A DNA stretch of 64,000 nt from Candidatus Poribacteria bacterium (GTDB lineage Bacteria > Poribacteria > WGA-4E > WGA-3G): contig VXPE01000117.1 in NCBI GenBank assembly GCA_009839745.1, positions 6,059 to 70,058 on the forward strand. Reading direction: 5' to 3'. A program made the translations under genes and the position numbers. Each line of letters begins with the position of its first letter. Within the stretch, counting starts at the first letter, position 1. Of this stretch, positions 26,997 through 38,085 are shown piece by piece. The notes beneath the pieces were generated by a model. It did no database searches. It had not been told where the DNA came from and saw only the letters and a program-made list of their open reading frames with translations.

Positions 26997-27060
26997 ACCC
27001 AAAACAGTAGCCTGCAACAATACGCAGAAATACCCTATCAAAAACACGCAGGCGGATTTG
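26997..27060. repeat. MITE-family core fragment, reverse orientation
   Basis: gtagcctgcaacaatacgcagaaataccctatcaaaaacacgcaggcgg is the reverse complement of the core at 36897-36944, with two mismatches. Confidence 0.7.
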
Positions 27061-27074
27061 AGAGAAGAACGCTA

Positions 27075-30000
27075 ATGTCGAAACACACGTTATTTACCCG
27101 CAAGGTAAAATTAAAAATTTTCGTTGGGTTATTTTTTATTGTCGGGTTATGCGGGGCTTTTTTCTTTATCCGATCAAGCACCTTCTTGGATTGGGTAGAA
27201 GGACGACTCGAGACTGAACTGAAAAATCGGATAGACGCTACCTACACGGCAAACGTCGGTAAAATAGAGGGAAATATCTTAGGGAGCGTCAGCATTAGAA
27301 GTGTTGAGATTTCTAAGGAAAACAAACCGGTAATCTCCACAGGGAAAGTCGTACTCAAATATAATCTCTTAGGATTGCTAACCCGGAAATTTGAGGTAAA
27401 GGAACTGCAGGTAGACAAACCGGAAATTCACGCCCGCAGGAACCCCGAGGGTGCCCTGAATCTATCAGATATTTTGGGTGACCAGACGACACAAGCGTCC
27501 CCACAATCGCAAGATTCTCCACAATTCGGTTTCGCTGTCAAATATATTAAATGTGAGAATGGGACAATTGATTACATCGACACACAACGCAGCTGGGACC
27601 TCCGGATTGATGGAATTACGATTGAGGTAAAAGGTCCCCTCAACACATGGCAGCATGAAGGGACGTTTGAAATTAAGAGGGGCAGTTTCACGGTCAACGG
27701 TGCCGAAACGGCAATTGACAAATTTAATGCTGATTTTCATATTTTAGCCAGCGGTAGCACGTTAGATGAACTTCGATTGGAATTTGGGAGCTCCACTTTG
27801 GAGGTTACGGGTGAATTTACCTACGGAGAAACCGATCCGCCTTGGAACAGTAAAGTTGACTTAGACCTGAACCTTGCAGATATAGATCCGTTTTTTGGTG
27901 AAGACATCGAACTTGAAGGCGATGTTGACGCGACGCTGGCGGTGGAGGGAACAGGTTCCGCCTTAGCCGGAACCCTCTCTGTGGAAATACCAACCTTCTC
28001 CGCTGTCACAGCAAAGAAGGATATCCCCAAGATAACGTTGACAGCCGGACACATTGACGCCGATTTCAACGCTGAACCCATCCCAATATTCACGTTAAAA
28101 CAACTCAGTTTCCAAGTCGCCGATGGCACCGTGGTCGGTGATGGAAGTATCACGTCGGAAAATGCCTTAGAAGGCGATCTGCTCAAGCAATTTCAACAAT
28201 TGCTAACCCACCCTATGACTTACCGCGGAAAATGGGACGCTACAGAAATACAACTGATCCCACTGTTGTCAATGTTCGTCCAACTGCCCGAAAACCTCGC
28301 AGACAGCACAGGACGCCTCTCAAGCAGTGGAGAATTCAGCGGAAATCACACAGACCCCTCAAGCCTCGAACTCGCCAGCAAGATCTTACTCACAGAGACA
28401 ATCCTTGACGAGGTGAAACTTAACGATTCAACGCTCAAGTGCACAATAGGCGCGGGTGAATTAAAAATCGACGGAAACTTAGATGAAACCGGGATTAATG
28501 TCACGGGTCCCTTTCCTGTAGGCAGACAAGATATTTTGGAGATCCAGGTGTCGGGTATCGATGTCGATGACCTGATGAAGATTGCCAATAGTGCGGACAT
28601 CGGTGGGATAGGGGCATTATCTGCGCAGTTATCGGACGGGACGCTGAAAGGGTTTATGGAGATACCGAATGCGACTTTTAACGACATTCCGATCGGAACT
28701 CTGTCGGGGGATTTCCGCTATCAAGAGGGACGGGTATTCATCGAAAACGGATTGATGACGAAGAATACCATAGAAGGCACATCGGGGGTACAAACCCCTC
28801 CCACAAAGGAATTTCTTAGCAGAACGACAATTACGGGAACTGTGGAGGTTGAAGGCGAGTTTCCTGCGGATATCAGCGTTGTCGCTGATCCGGTTTATGT
28901 TCAACATTACCCGAAACTATTGTTAGGTGCCGAGTATCCTATAGAGGGTGAGATCAGAGGTGAACTCAAATTAGATGGAACGCTCGTCAATCTGGATGGC
29001 ACTGCCGACTTCAGTGTTACCGAAGGCGTGGCATGGGGTATCCATTTGGATCCGCTGGTACTTCCTTTGGAGGTTGAGGATTACAATCTTACGATACCGG
29101 ATTTCAAGATAACGACTCGCGGGCAGCAGGTTACACTCAATGTTGCAGTAGCCTCTAATGCTGACTATGACCTACTTCTCGAAAATAATTCGCCTGTTCA
29201 CTTAGAAGAAATTGCGAAGGCGGCAAACCTTCCCGATTTTCCCTTTGAAGGACAATTCGATGTTCGGGTCGTTGGAAAACTCAAAAAACCGGAAGATGCG
29301 GATTTTCAGGTTGAACTCGATTTTTCAGGCGTAACCTTCTTGCACACCGAGCGCGGAACGAAATATCCACTCGGTGATGTCCATCTCCTCGGCAAACTCG
29401 TGGAGAGTAGTTATCAGTCGTCAGTTAACAAGGATCAGTTAACAGAGGGTTTGGTTAAATCAGATTCCGCTTCAACTGAGAACCCGAACCTCCCACTCGA
29501 TGCCGATACAAAACAACAAAGCACGAGTGCGGCGTCCGAACTGATAACGGATGCCTATTTTGATTTTCATGGACACGGCTTTGAGAAAACGAGTCGGATT
29601 CAAGGATACGTCAGCCTGGCTCTGGGGAATCCCTACCGATTTACTGCGGAAGGTGAGAAATTTGATATTACGCCGATCCTGCCTATATTACACCCAACAC
29701 TTGAAGCGGTTACGGGGACGGCTGATGGGAATGCATCAATAAGCGGAACAATAGCGGATCTTGTCGCACCAACCGCGAACATAGCCTCTGAATCCCAAAG
29801 ACAAAAGATTTATCCGTATGATGTGGATATTCTTGTTAGTACCTCCCAACTACGCTATGAGACCACTGTGACGCGGAGAATTGCGTTCACAAATGCTGAA
29901 CCGATCCGTCTGAATCTCAAAGACGACACATGGACAATCGAGACGCTTTCCTTGAGGGCATCCGAAAATAAAGTCCCATTTCTTGAATTGATAGGGACCT

Positions 30001-33000
30001 TGGATTCCAAAAATGAGATGATGGACCTGCACGCTGTATCTGACGGGTTCGCGCTCCCACCCTTTTCGGAGGTATTGGGACTCCCGCGTGGCATGCTACA
30101 AACCGGCACCCTCCGTTACGACTTGAAAGTGACCGGAACACCCACCCAACCCAACCTTCAGTTAGAATGGGCAACCCCGACGCTAACATTGGAAACAGAA
30201 GCAGGTGATATTGACATCACCGATGCAGGGGGTGCCATAACATATCAGGAGGAGACGCTGCGTTTTGAGGAATGTGCTTTCACAATCTTCGGTAACGACG
30301 GGCATTTAGAAGGATACGTTGATGTCCAACCCGAAGCGGTCGACAGTTCGGAGTTACACCTCCGCGTCGATACCATCGCTTTGGATCTCACTACTTTGCC
30401 GGTGGAGGCTATCAATAATTTCGGCTCTGGGAACGGGATAACTGGAATTTTAGAGGCATCTATAGAGATCGGTGGCACGCTCGCTGAGCCCCTTGTGCTA
30501 TTATACGCTGAAACAGCCGGACAGCATCCAATCCGCTTTGTTTCTTATATTCCTTCTATTACGCTGGAGCGACTTCGTGTAGACATTCGCCTCGATTCAG
30601 AATTCGTACGTGTTGAAAGAATAGAGGCGAACGGTCAGATAGGAGAGGGTCCCTACCATATCCAAGGGGAAGCCGTGTTCTCACGTCAGGATAGAGAGGC
30701 GATGCGATTCGATATTAATGTATCAGCGTCACAAGTAGAAATTGGGGACTATGGATTCACGTCAGGATATATTAATCTCAGCGGGACAGGCTTAGACCTA
30801 CAGCAGGTTACGGTTATTGGCGAAATAAACGAACTGGAACTTGACGGATATGATTTCCGTCTTATCAACAGGGCACCACTCCGATTTAGATCTGATCCAA
30901 GGGGAACGACTGAGGATACCGAGCCTCTCGTTGTGGAGATTCCGTTACAACTCACATCCCCTACGATGACCGCGGCAATGGCAGTCAACGTTGCAGGCAC
31001 CTTCACTTCCCCTGAAATCGCGATAGACTGGCAGGGGACGCTGAATCAAAAGGAGTGGACAGGCAAAATCCAGTATCAAGATGAACGCATAAACGTCACG
31101 GGTATAGAACTCAAAAATAGTGAAGGGGTGTTAACCCTTGCGGGTGTTATTCCGTTTAATCTGGCATTTGAAGCCATGGATATATCTGAACGGTTTATTG
31201 CTGCCCCCATTGACGTGCGCCTTCGCGGGAGTGAACTGCCTCTCAGTTTTTTTCCGGAGATTGATACCGCCTTTTCAGAGATGGACGGCACCGTTGACAT
31301 AGATTTAGGTATACAAGGCACAAGTCAATCTCCCTATGTGGTGGGTAACGTGTTTGTTGAAGCGTTGCAACTGCGTCTTAAAGACTTCCACGGGTTTCCA
31401 CTTCAGAATATGCAAATACACCTCAGCGCGCGGAAAGACTGGATTGATTTTACGGAGTTCCGATTTGACATAGGGGATGGCTCCTGTAGACTTGAACATG
31501 GACAGATAGCATTAGACAGCTTAACCCCAACATCATTGATACTACGAGGATTGAGATTAGAACGATTTCCCCTGGGTTCAACTGCCCGTCAATCCTTACC
31601 GCCATACCTTGTAGAAGAGGTGGAAGGGCATATAACAATGACCTTGCGGACCTTAACAGTCCCGTTCGATAGTTTCTTAGCGGCTGGAGAGGGGTTGCCT
31701 TTTGCGCAGGTCCGAGATGTTCCCTCACTCACCGATTTGGTCTCGGTTTCAAATGCCGATGTATCAATTAATAGCGTTCGCCTCGCTTTCAAGGCAATGG
31801 ATCGGCACTATGACTTTCAAAATCTCCAACCGACTCCGATAATTCTCAGTAATGGAACTTTGGTTCTAACGGAAACTTTCAGGTTTGAAAACCAAGCCGA
31901 ATTTTCAGTCAAACAGACTTTTACCGACGAGGATACAAAACCTGAAGGGTTACTCGGTAATGAACAGACCATTTCAGCGAAGACAATGCTAAGTATCGAT
32001 GCTGAAAGCAAGTGGTCGATGAACGGGGAGTTTGACGGCGCGCTTCGGCTCAAGAATTTTGATGTTTCAACGATAACTAACACGTGGCCTACGCAGTATC
32101 GGGTTACCGGGGCGTTGTCCGGAAGTCTACAGATGAGCGGGACGAGCGAGAATCCAAAGATAACCCTGCGACGGCACGAAAACGAACCTGCTGAGCTCTA
32201 TCTACACGACATCCCGATTGACCCTCGATGGAGAATCCGGTATCAGAACCGGAAATGGGAAATAACAGAGAAACGATACGTTGAAGTTACATTCGGGAAA
32301 AATCAGCTGACTTTCTCATGGACAATGCCCTACAAGTTTGAAATTATTCCATTTCTTACGGCATTGCAACAGTCTCCAGAAGAAGTTTGGATAGAGTTCC
32401 AGCAGGCCCCGATGCGTGGAACTTTGGATATAAAAGTAAACGACCTTACCATGCTGCCGTCTGTGGTCCCAGGGCTTAGCACTGCAACAGGCACTAGCGA
32501 AATTCACGTTGAACTGACAGGGACGATGGATGCCCCACAAGCCGACGGGAGTGTCCTTTTTAATGATATTGGATTTGAACTTCCGGAAGCTAATATTCAA
32601 GTTAAAGGGGTAGAAGGCGACATTAAGTTATCGGAAAAAGGCGTAAATATTAGGAGACTTGATGGCACCTTGAATGATGGAAGATTTTTGGTCACGGGCG
32701 GCGTCACAGCCCCATTAGATAGACATATATGGGAGACACCACCAACATTGAATGTGTCCACCGGTCTCACATCAACGGTTTTTGAACAAACCGGACAGTA
32801 CCGGATTGACCTCGCTTCCACCTCATTTCGTCTGCACGGGGAACTGCTTCGCCCGCGTCTAACAGGGGATATCCATATCAACGGCGGCTACTATCAACAA
32901 AATTGGGAAAATGTTCAGGATTGGCTCACAGGGGCATCGGTCAAGGAAACAGAACTTGTATTGGACTACCCTATTCTGCGTGATTTACATCTCGATGGGG

Positions 33001-33590
33001 TAGATATTAACATCCCTGATAATTTTCGTTTGCTTTCATCTTTCATAGGACCCACAGATATTGAAATCGCCTGCTTCGGTAAACTCTTCGGTTCACTGCG
33101 TCAACCCGTTTTCAGCGGGAACGTCTCGATGCTCAATGGAAAAATTGGGATTCCTCCCCAGACCTTTGAATTCATTGAAGGATCTGCAATCCGGAACCAG
33201 AGCACTGTCGATTTTAATCCTGACCTCAATATTTTTCTTCGCACACCGGACCGCGTTCGAGGCGTCTTACCGAGAGATGGAAGCACAATTGATCTTCAGG
33301 TGTATGCCTCCCTTACCGGCACTCTCAGCAATCCTAACTTTATTCTCAGTGCTCCCCCTGAAGCGACCACTGAAGTCCTCTCACATGATGAGATTATAGA
33401 TTTCCTCTTACGCAACGCTGCACTTTCAGGCGCGCTCGGTGGGTTCACATTTAGTTTCCATCGTCCGCTTGATGAAGATGCGCGATATATAAGTGCGGAG
33501 TATCCACTCGGAAAGAATGTATCCATTAAAATTGAAACCAATGAAAAAAGGGAACACGGGATTGACGTTGAATTCAAAGGACGGTTCTAA
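27075..33590 (+). CDS. tamB: Translocation and assembly module protein TamB-like (AsmA-like, DUF490 C-terminus), 2171 aa
   Basis: N-terminal signal-anchor helix, a very long beta-rich repetitive body, and a C-terminus ...YISAEYPLGKNVSIKIETNEKREHGIDVEFKGRF typical of TamB. Sits immediately upstream of an Omp85 gene. Confidence 0.8.
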   Translation: MSKHTLFTRKVKLKIFVGLFFIVGLCGAFFFIRSSTFLDWVEGRLETELKNRIDATYTANVGKIEGNILGSVSIRSVEISKENKPVISTGKVVLKYNLLGLLTRKFEVKELQVDKPEIHARRNPEGALNLSDILGDQTTQASPQSQDSPQFGFAVKYIKCENGTIDYIDTQRSWDLRIDGITIEVKGPLNTWQHEGTFEIKRGSFTVNGAETAIDKFNADFHILASGSTLDELRLEFGSSTLEVTGEFTYGETDPPWNSKVDLDLNLADIDPFFGEDIELEGDVDATLAVEGTGSALAGTLSVEIPTFSAVTAKKDIPKITLTAGHIDADFNAEPIPIFTLKQLSFQVADGTVVGDGSITSENALEGDLLKQFQQLLTHPMTYRGKWDATEIQLIPLLSMFVQLPENLADSTGRLSSSGEFSGNHTDPSSLELASKILLTETILDEVKLNDSTLKCTIGAGELKIDGNLDETGINVTGPFPVGRQDILEIQVSGIDVDDLMKIANSADIGGIGALSAQLSDGTLKGFMEIPNATFNDIPIGTLSGDFRYQEGRVFIENGLMTKNTIEGTSGVQTPPTKEFLSRTTITGTVEVEGEFPADISVVADPVYVQHYPKLLLGAEYPIEGEIRGELKLDGTLVNLDGTADFSVTEGVAWGIHLDPLVLPLEVEDYNLTIPDFKITTRGQQVTLNVAVASNADYDLLLENNSPVHLEEIAKAANLPDFPFEGQFDVRVVGKLKKPEDADFQVELDFSGVTFLHTERGTKYPLGDVHLLGKLVESSYQSSVNKDQLTEGLVKSDSASTENPNLPLDADTKQQSTSAASELITDAYFDFHGHGFEKTSRIQGYVSLALGNPYRFTAEGEKFDITPILPILHPTLEAVTGTADGNASISGTIADLVAPTANIASESQRQKIYPYDVDILVSTSQLRYETTVTRRIAFTNAEPIRLNLKDDTWTIETLSLRASENKVPFLELIGTLDSKNEMMDLHAVSDGFALPPFSEVLGLPRGMLQTGTLRYDLKVTGTPTQPNLQLEWATPTLTLETEAGDIDITDAGGAITYQEETLRFEECAFTIFGNDGHLEGYVDVQPEAVDSSELHLRVDTIALDLTTLPVEAINNFGSGNGITGILEASIEIGGTLAEPLVLLYAETAGQHPIRFVSYIPSITLERLRVDIRLDSEFVRVERIEANGQIGEGPYHIQGEAVFSRQDREAMRFDINVSASQVEIGDYGFTSGYINLSGTGLDLQQVTVIGEINELELDGYDFRLINRAPLRFRSDPRGTTEDTEPLVVEIPLQLTSPTMTAAMAVNVAGTFTSPEIAIDWQGTLNQKEWTGKIQYQDERINVTGIELKNSEGVLTLAGVIPFNLAFEAMDISERFIAAPIDVRLRGSELPLSFFPEIDTAFSEMDGTVDIDLGIQGTSQSPYVVGNVFVEALQLRLKDFHGFPLQNMQIHLSARKDWIDFTEFRFDIGDGSCRLEHGQIALDSLTPTSLILRGLRLERFPLGSTARQSLPPYLVEEVEGHITMTLRTLTVPFDSFLAAGEGLPFAQVRDVPSLTDLVSVSNADVSINSVRLAFKAMDRHYDFQNLQPTPIILSNGTLVLTETFRFENQAEFSVKQTFTDEDTKPEGLLGNEQTISAKTMLSIDAESKWSMNGEFDGALRLKNFDVSTITNTWPTQYRVTGALSGSLQMSGTSENPKITLRRHENEPAELYLHDIPIDPRWRIRYQNRKWEITEKRYVEVTFGKNQLTFSWTMPYKFEIIPFLTALQQSPEEVWIEFQQAPMRGTLDIKVNDLTMLPSVVPGLSTATGTSEIHVELTGTMDAPQADGSVLFNDIGFELPEANIQVKGVEGDIKLSEKGVNIRRLDGTLNDGRFLVTGGVTAPLDRHIWETPPTLNVSTGLTSTVFEQTGQYRIDLASTSFRLHGELLRPRLTGDIHINGGYYQQNWENVQDWLTGASVKETELVLDYPILRDLHLDGVDINIPDNFRLLSSFIGPTDIEIACFGKLFGSLRQPVFSGNVSMLNGKIGIPPQTFEFIEGSAIRNQSTVDFNPDLNIFLRTPDRVRGVLPRDGSTIDLQVYASLTGTLSNPNFILSAPPEATTEVLSHDEIIDFLLRNAALSGALGGFTFSFHRPLDEDARYISAEYPLGKNVSIKIETNEKREHGIDVEFKGRF

Positions 33591-36500
33591 GGGAAAAAAG
33601 TTTGCGAGTGTATCTAAAGTTGCGAAGTGCCTAAGGTTATTGACAACTTTACCGACCTTAGCACACTTTATAAACTTTGGCACACTTTACGCAGTTTGTC
33701 TTATTCTCTGGTTTCCTTGCTGCTTTTTCCTCCAGTCTGTAGGCGCACAGGAAAAAGCGATGGAAGAGCGGAACGGTGGAAGGATGGGCACCCAATCTTC
33801 CAGACTTCCAAGCTTCCAACCCAACGATTCCTCTCAGAAACCGATTGCGAAGATAGAATACTACATTGGCACAACCCCTGCAGAAGAAACCTCAGAATAC
33901 CCGAGTATACTTAGAAACCAGACAGTCGTATCAATTGGCGACACACTTTCTCGTCAGACGATTCAACAGAGCATTAAAGCACTCTATGCAACACAGCAGT
34001 ATTCCCAAATTCAGGTATACTCGCAGGACACTTCCGATGGTATTGTTTTAACCTACCAGCTGACACCTTTCGCGCGTATTGAACAAATTGTGCTCTCCGG
34101 CATCCCTGAAAACGAGATCAAAACCGCTATTGAGAATGAGATGCGATCAAGACGGGGAGGAAAGTATGTGCCCACAATTGTCAACACCGACATCCAGCGG
34201 ATCAAAGGCGTATGTGAAGCGTATGGCTATTTTGACGCAAAGGTCACAGTCTCCGATACGCTCACCGAAGCGGGGACGTTAACCTACCAGATAGCCGTGG
34301 GAGATGCCTCACAGATCAAAATATTGCAAATTCAAGACAATGTTGCTCTCTCAACGAACAGCCTTAAAGCCGTGTGTAACTTTAGTCGACTCCTCCCGAT
34401 TTACAACAAAACCGGTGTGGAGACGGATGTGGCATCTATGGTGGTACTTTACCGTAAAAACAACTATCCTACCGCTGAGATCGTCCCAAACTTTAATCAT
34501 GAGACGGGTGTGCTCCTATTTCAGGTCAATGAAGGGAGAGAGGTTCGGTTTAACTTCGTTATGGATGTTGGGGAGCTCCCTTTATCACTCCAGGAGACGT
34601 TCAGAGAAGATATAGTTTCTTTAATAAACACAGCCTCTCCTTCTATATGGGAGCACCGGATAAGATCCTATTTCAAAGCCAAAGGCTACCACGACACCAC
34701 CATTCATGAGGAAATACCGGATGCATCCAGGGTTCGACTTACGATTAATCCCGGGGTGCGTTATGTCGTTAAGGATGTCACTTTCTCTGGGAATAGGGCA
34801 TTTTCGGAGGCGCAACTGAAGCGAGAGATGACGATGAAACCGATAGGCGGATTTCTACGAAACTTGCAAGCAGACCTCGCAAGAGTGTTATTTCAGCACG
34901 AACAGAGACCCTTTTTTTATGAAGCAGAACTCGATACAGATATACATCGGCTCAACATTTTATATGGAAAAGCGGGGTATCCGAAGGCGGTTATCACGAC
35001 AACGCTCGATAAACAAAATCCAAACGACCGGAGTATTGGCGAAGTGGGGATACATGTCGCAATCACTGAAGAACACAAAGAGATGATTCACCGATGCGAC
35101 ATTAGCGGGAACAACGCGTTAGATACGGCTACGCTCCTGGCACGTTTGGCGCGTGAACTCCCGCTTCCGCAGCCAAATGCCTCACTTGCGCGGAAAGCCT
35201 ACGGCAACGCAATCTTGAAAGCCTATTATGAACGCGGATACATTGATGCAGTGGTAAGTAACTCGTATATATTAGAAACAAGTGATCCAGTTTTTCGAGT
35301 AACGGGCAATTTCTCGGAACCCCTTGAGAGAGGTAAACTTCCACAGGAAATCCGATCGGAATTCAAGAGACATGACCTTACACTTACAGGCGTTTACATA
35401 GCCACCTACATCGGCAACCGTTGGAGCCTCCAAGACATTGAGGGGAATCCACGGTATACGCTTAAACAGGAAGCGACACATCTTGCGGTATATGAACACG
35501 GGGTGCTACATCTCACCGTAGATACAGAAGGTGAGCAGGTCGTGTTTGGTAAATTCTATTTTCAAGGGGACACGGATGTTGTGAAACAACATGTGCTTCA
35601 ACGAGAAGTCGGCCACCTTGAGGGAACGCTTTGGACATCAAAAAAGTTAAGCAGTGTCTTGCAAAATCTATATGGCTTAGGACTTTTTCGCAGCGTCCAG
35701 TATGAACGCTTCTCACAGTCTACCCGTAGCACAGGGACACCGCAATCCTCGAAGGTTACGGATCCCTCTGACCCGCGTCTCCGGAAGATCAATGATGTTT
35801 TAATAACCGTCGAAGAACAGAAGCCACGGACCTACAGTATGAGCAGCGGTTACAGTTTCGCAGAGGGGTTTCGCGGAACGTTGGGGTTAACGGATAGCAA
35901 CTTTCTCTTTAAGCGGAACATTCGCGGACGGACACGCGCCAGACTGGGATGGCGAGACGAGTTGGGTTATCTTTTTGATGCGACGTTGACTGAACCGTGG
36001 TTGATTGGACGGACGCGGGGGAGTCTACAGATATTAGCCAAGAAGTTAGAAGTAGACGATAACGTCCGCGCCCTTCAGGGGAGTTTTATCCTCAGCAGAG
36101 ACGTGTCCGAGTCGCACCACCTGGATCTAAGATATAGTTACCGGGACTTGACCCAACCCGTTCCACCGGTGCGGGGCTCTCCAGCAGGTATCGGTGCCCA
36201 TATAGAGCAGAATCCTTTCAGCACAACCGTGAGCAGTATTCGATTCTCTTGGACCTACGACAACCGAGAGCGTTATTTGAATCCTACCGGTGGCATGTTG
36301 AACGATCTCACGCTTGAATACGCGGGCGGCAACTTCTTGCGGGGTGAAACCAGTTTTATTAAGACAACAACGGATACCCGATATTACCAAGAACTCATCG
36401 GCGGACTTGTCGTAGCCACCGCCGTCCGATTCGGTATTACGACCGAATTGCGATCAAACCGGCGTGCGGAACTGATCTCTTTTGAGCGGTTTTGGGCAGG

Positions 36501-36840
36501 TGGCGGGACAACGGTTCGCGGTTATGCTGAGCGTTCTCTCGGTCCCAAAGATAGCACGGGCATCCATCGCGGCGATGTGCAATTCATCTTTAACACGGAA
36601 CTCCGCTTCCCAATCTATCGGATCGTTCGCGGTGCCCTCTTTTTTGATGCTGGTAATGTTTGGGATGCCTTAGAGGATATCAATACGACGCAACCGCTCC
36701 CCTCCTCTGTCGGTGCTGGACTTTACTTGGATCTTGGTGCCCTCACAGCTGGTATCGATTACGCTGTCCCACTCGTGTCCACGCCGGGTGCTTTAGATCC
36801 AAACAGAGCCGTTCACCTTCGTGTGGGGAGTACGTTTTAA
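33541..36840 (+). CDS. Omp85-family outer membrane protein assembly factor (BamA/TamA-like)
   Basis: POTRA-like repeats and a C-terminal bacterial surface antigen barrel (RFWAGGGTTVRGY, ...HLRVGSTF ending in F). Start uncertain: the track gives 33493, ATG 33541 overlaps tamB by 50 nt, and TTG 33640 gives no overlap. Confidence 0.85.
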   Translation: MKKGNTGLTLNSKDGSKGKKFASVSKVAKCLRLLTTLPTLAHFINFGTLYAVCLILWFPCCFFLQSVGAQEKAMEERNGGRMGTQSSRLPSFQPNDSSQKPIAKIEYYIGTTPAEETSEYPSILRNQTVVSIGDTLSRQTIQQSIKALYATQQYSQIQVYSQDTSDGIVLTYQLTPFARIEQIVLSGIPENEIKTAIENEMRSRRGGKYVPTIVNTDIQRIKGVCEAYGYFDAKVTVSDTLTEAGTLTYQIAVGDASQIKILQIQDNVALSTNSLKAVCNFSRLLPIYNKTGVETDVASMVVLYRKNNYPTAEIVPNFNHETGVLLFQVNEGREVRFNFVMDVGELPLSLQETFREDIVSLINTASPSIWEHRIRSYFKAKGYHDTTIHEEIPDASRVRLTINPGVRYVVKDVTFSGNRAFSEAQLKREMTMKPIGGFLRNLQADLARVLFQHEQRPFFYEAELDTDIHRLNILYGKAGYPKAVITTTLDKQNPNDRSIGEVGIHVAITEEHKEMIHRCDISGNNALDTATLLARLARELPLPQPNASLARKAYGNAILKAYYERGYIDAVVSNSYILETSDPVFRVTGNFSEPLERGKLPQEIRSEFKRHDLTLTGVYIATYIGNRWSLQDIEGNPRYTLKQEATHLAVYEHGVLHLTVDTEGEQVVFGKFYFQGDTDVVKQHVLQREVGHLEGTLWTSKKLSSVLQNLYGLGLFRSVQYERFSQSTRSTGTPQSSKVTDPSDPRLRKINDVLITVEEQKPRTYSMSSGYSFAEGFRGTLGLTDSNFLFKRNIRGRTRARLGWRDELGYLFDATLTEPWLIGRTRGSLQILAKKLEVDDNVRALQGSFILSRDVSESHHLDLRYSYRDLTQPVPPVRGSPAGIGAHIEQNPFSTTVSSIRFSWTYDNRERYLNPTGGMLNDLTLEYAGGNFLRGETSFIKTTTDTRYYQELIGGLVVATAVRFGITTELRSNRRAELISFERFWAGGGTTVRGYAERSLGPKDSTGIHRGDVQFIFNTELRFPIYRIVRGALFFDAGNVWDALEDINTTQPLPSSVGAGLYLDLGALTAGIDYAVPLVSTPGALDPNRAVHLRVGSTF

Positions 36841-36990
36841 TTTTACCTTGCGGTTCGAACAGGTCGTTTGTATCTATGGCGTTCATTTCCGTATATCCGC
36901 CTGCGTGTTTTTGCTTGGGTATTTCTGCGTATTGTTGCAGGCTACGGGGTTTGATGCTCTACCAAAAGGTGTCTTGTGTGAAGGGACCCT
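36835..36990. mobile_element. MITE-family copy (long-core variant) followed by a heptamer array
   Basis: ttttaattttaccttgcggttcgaacagg...tttccgtatatccgcctgcgtgtttttgcttgggtatttctgcgtattgttgcaggctacggggtttgatgc. Starts on the stop codon of the Omp85 gene. 36988-37027 continues as ctcttaactgaaaaaaactgataaccgataactgacgac. Confidence 0.75.
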
Positions 36991-37026
36991 CTTAACTGAA
37001 AAAAACTGATAACCGATAACTGACGA

Positions 37027-37950
37027 CTATTCCGCGTAGGGTTTTCCTAAGGCAAGAGGGGCTTCGGCGCGCCCGACAAAGCCTGCTAAGACTGCCAAAC
37101 AGAGCACATAGGGCAACATTAAAAATACCTGATACGGCACTTCCCACCCCAACGCTTGGAATCGCGCATCGAGTGCTGAACCGAGTCCAAAAAGCAAGGC
37201 AGCCCCACACGCCTTCACAGGATGCCATTTCCCGAAGATAACGATTGCTAAAGCAATGAACCCGCGTCCGACCGTCATACCGGGTGTAAAATAGGGCACG
37301 TCAGCGAGGGAGAGATAACCGCCCGCCATTCCTGCCATCGCGCCAGCGAAGAGTAGACAGATCGTTCGCAAACGGAGAACGTTCGCGCCGGCAGCAGCAA
37401 TCGCTCTCGGATGCTCGCCACACGCACGGACCCTCAGTCCCTGTTGTGTATGATAGAGGAAAAAATAGACGCACGGCACCAGCAGAAACGTGATGAAGAC
37501 GAGGATGTTGTGCGAAAACAGGGCGCGTCCCAAGAAAGGGATTTCGGAGAGCAGTGGAATGTCAATCTGCTGAAACGCTGGCACTCCCTGGGCGATTCCC
37601 GTTACGCCGAAAAGCCGTTGATAGACGACTTCTGTCAAACCTAACGCCAAGAGGGTCATCGCCGTGCCGATGATAACTTGGTCACCCCGGAGTCTTATCG
37701 CACAGAGCGCGAACAGCGCGGCGGCGATCAGGCCACTGAGACCCGCCATTAACAGTCCGAACCACGGCGCGATCACCGCGAATTCCGCGGTATAGAAGGA
37801 GCCGACCATCCCGAAAAACGCACCGATGAGCATCATACCCTCGATACCAATGTTAAGCACACCCGCACGCTGAGAGATGACCTCGCCTAATGCGGCAAAT
37901 AGGAGCGGGGTTGCCCCGCGTATCGTCGCTGAAAGAATCTCTTCAAACAT
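37027..37950 (-). CDS. ABC transporter permease (BMP/nucleoside-type, YufQ/NupQ-like)
   Basis: 307-aa polytopic membrane protein with GIEGMMLIGAF, in an operon with a second permease and a duplicated ATPase. Confidence 0.85.
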   Translation of the reverse strand: MFEEILSATIRGATPLLFAALGEVISQRAGVLNIGIEGMMLIGAFFGMVGSFYTAEFAVIAPWFGLLMAGLSGLIAAALFALCAIRLRGDQVIIGTAMTLLALGLTEVVYQRLFGVTGIAQGVPAFQQIDIPLLSEIPFLGRALFSHNILVFITFLLVPCVYFFLYHTQQGLRVRACGEHPRAIAAAGANVLRLRTICLLFAGAMAGMAGGYLSLADVPYFTPGMTVGRGFIALAIVIFGKWHPVKACGAALLFGLGSALDARFQALGWEVPYQVFLMLPYVLCLAVLAGFVGRAEAPLALGKPYAE

Positions 37951-37971
37951 ATTTTAATTTATTGCTCCTGG

Positions 37972-37996
37972 GCTGCTGCGTCCGTTGTCCTTGCAG
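37972..37996. repeat. 25-nt exact repeat GCTGCTGCGTCCGTTGTCCTTGCAG (copy 2)
   Basis: Identical to 8047-8071. Lies between the two permease genes. Confidence 0.8.
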
Positions 37997-38085
37997 GTTT
38001 TCTGTCACTTATGCCTCGTCTTTTTTACTCAGCCTATAAATTGAGGTGAGCGAATTAAGTAAACACTATTCCTGACTGCTGATGA

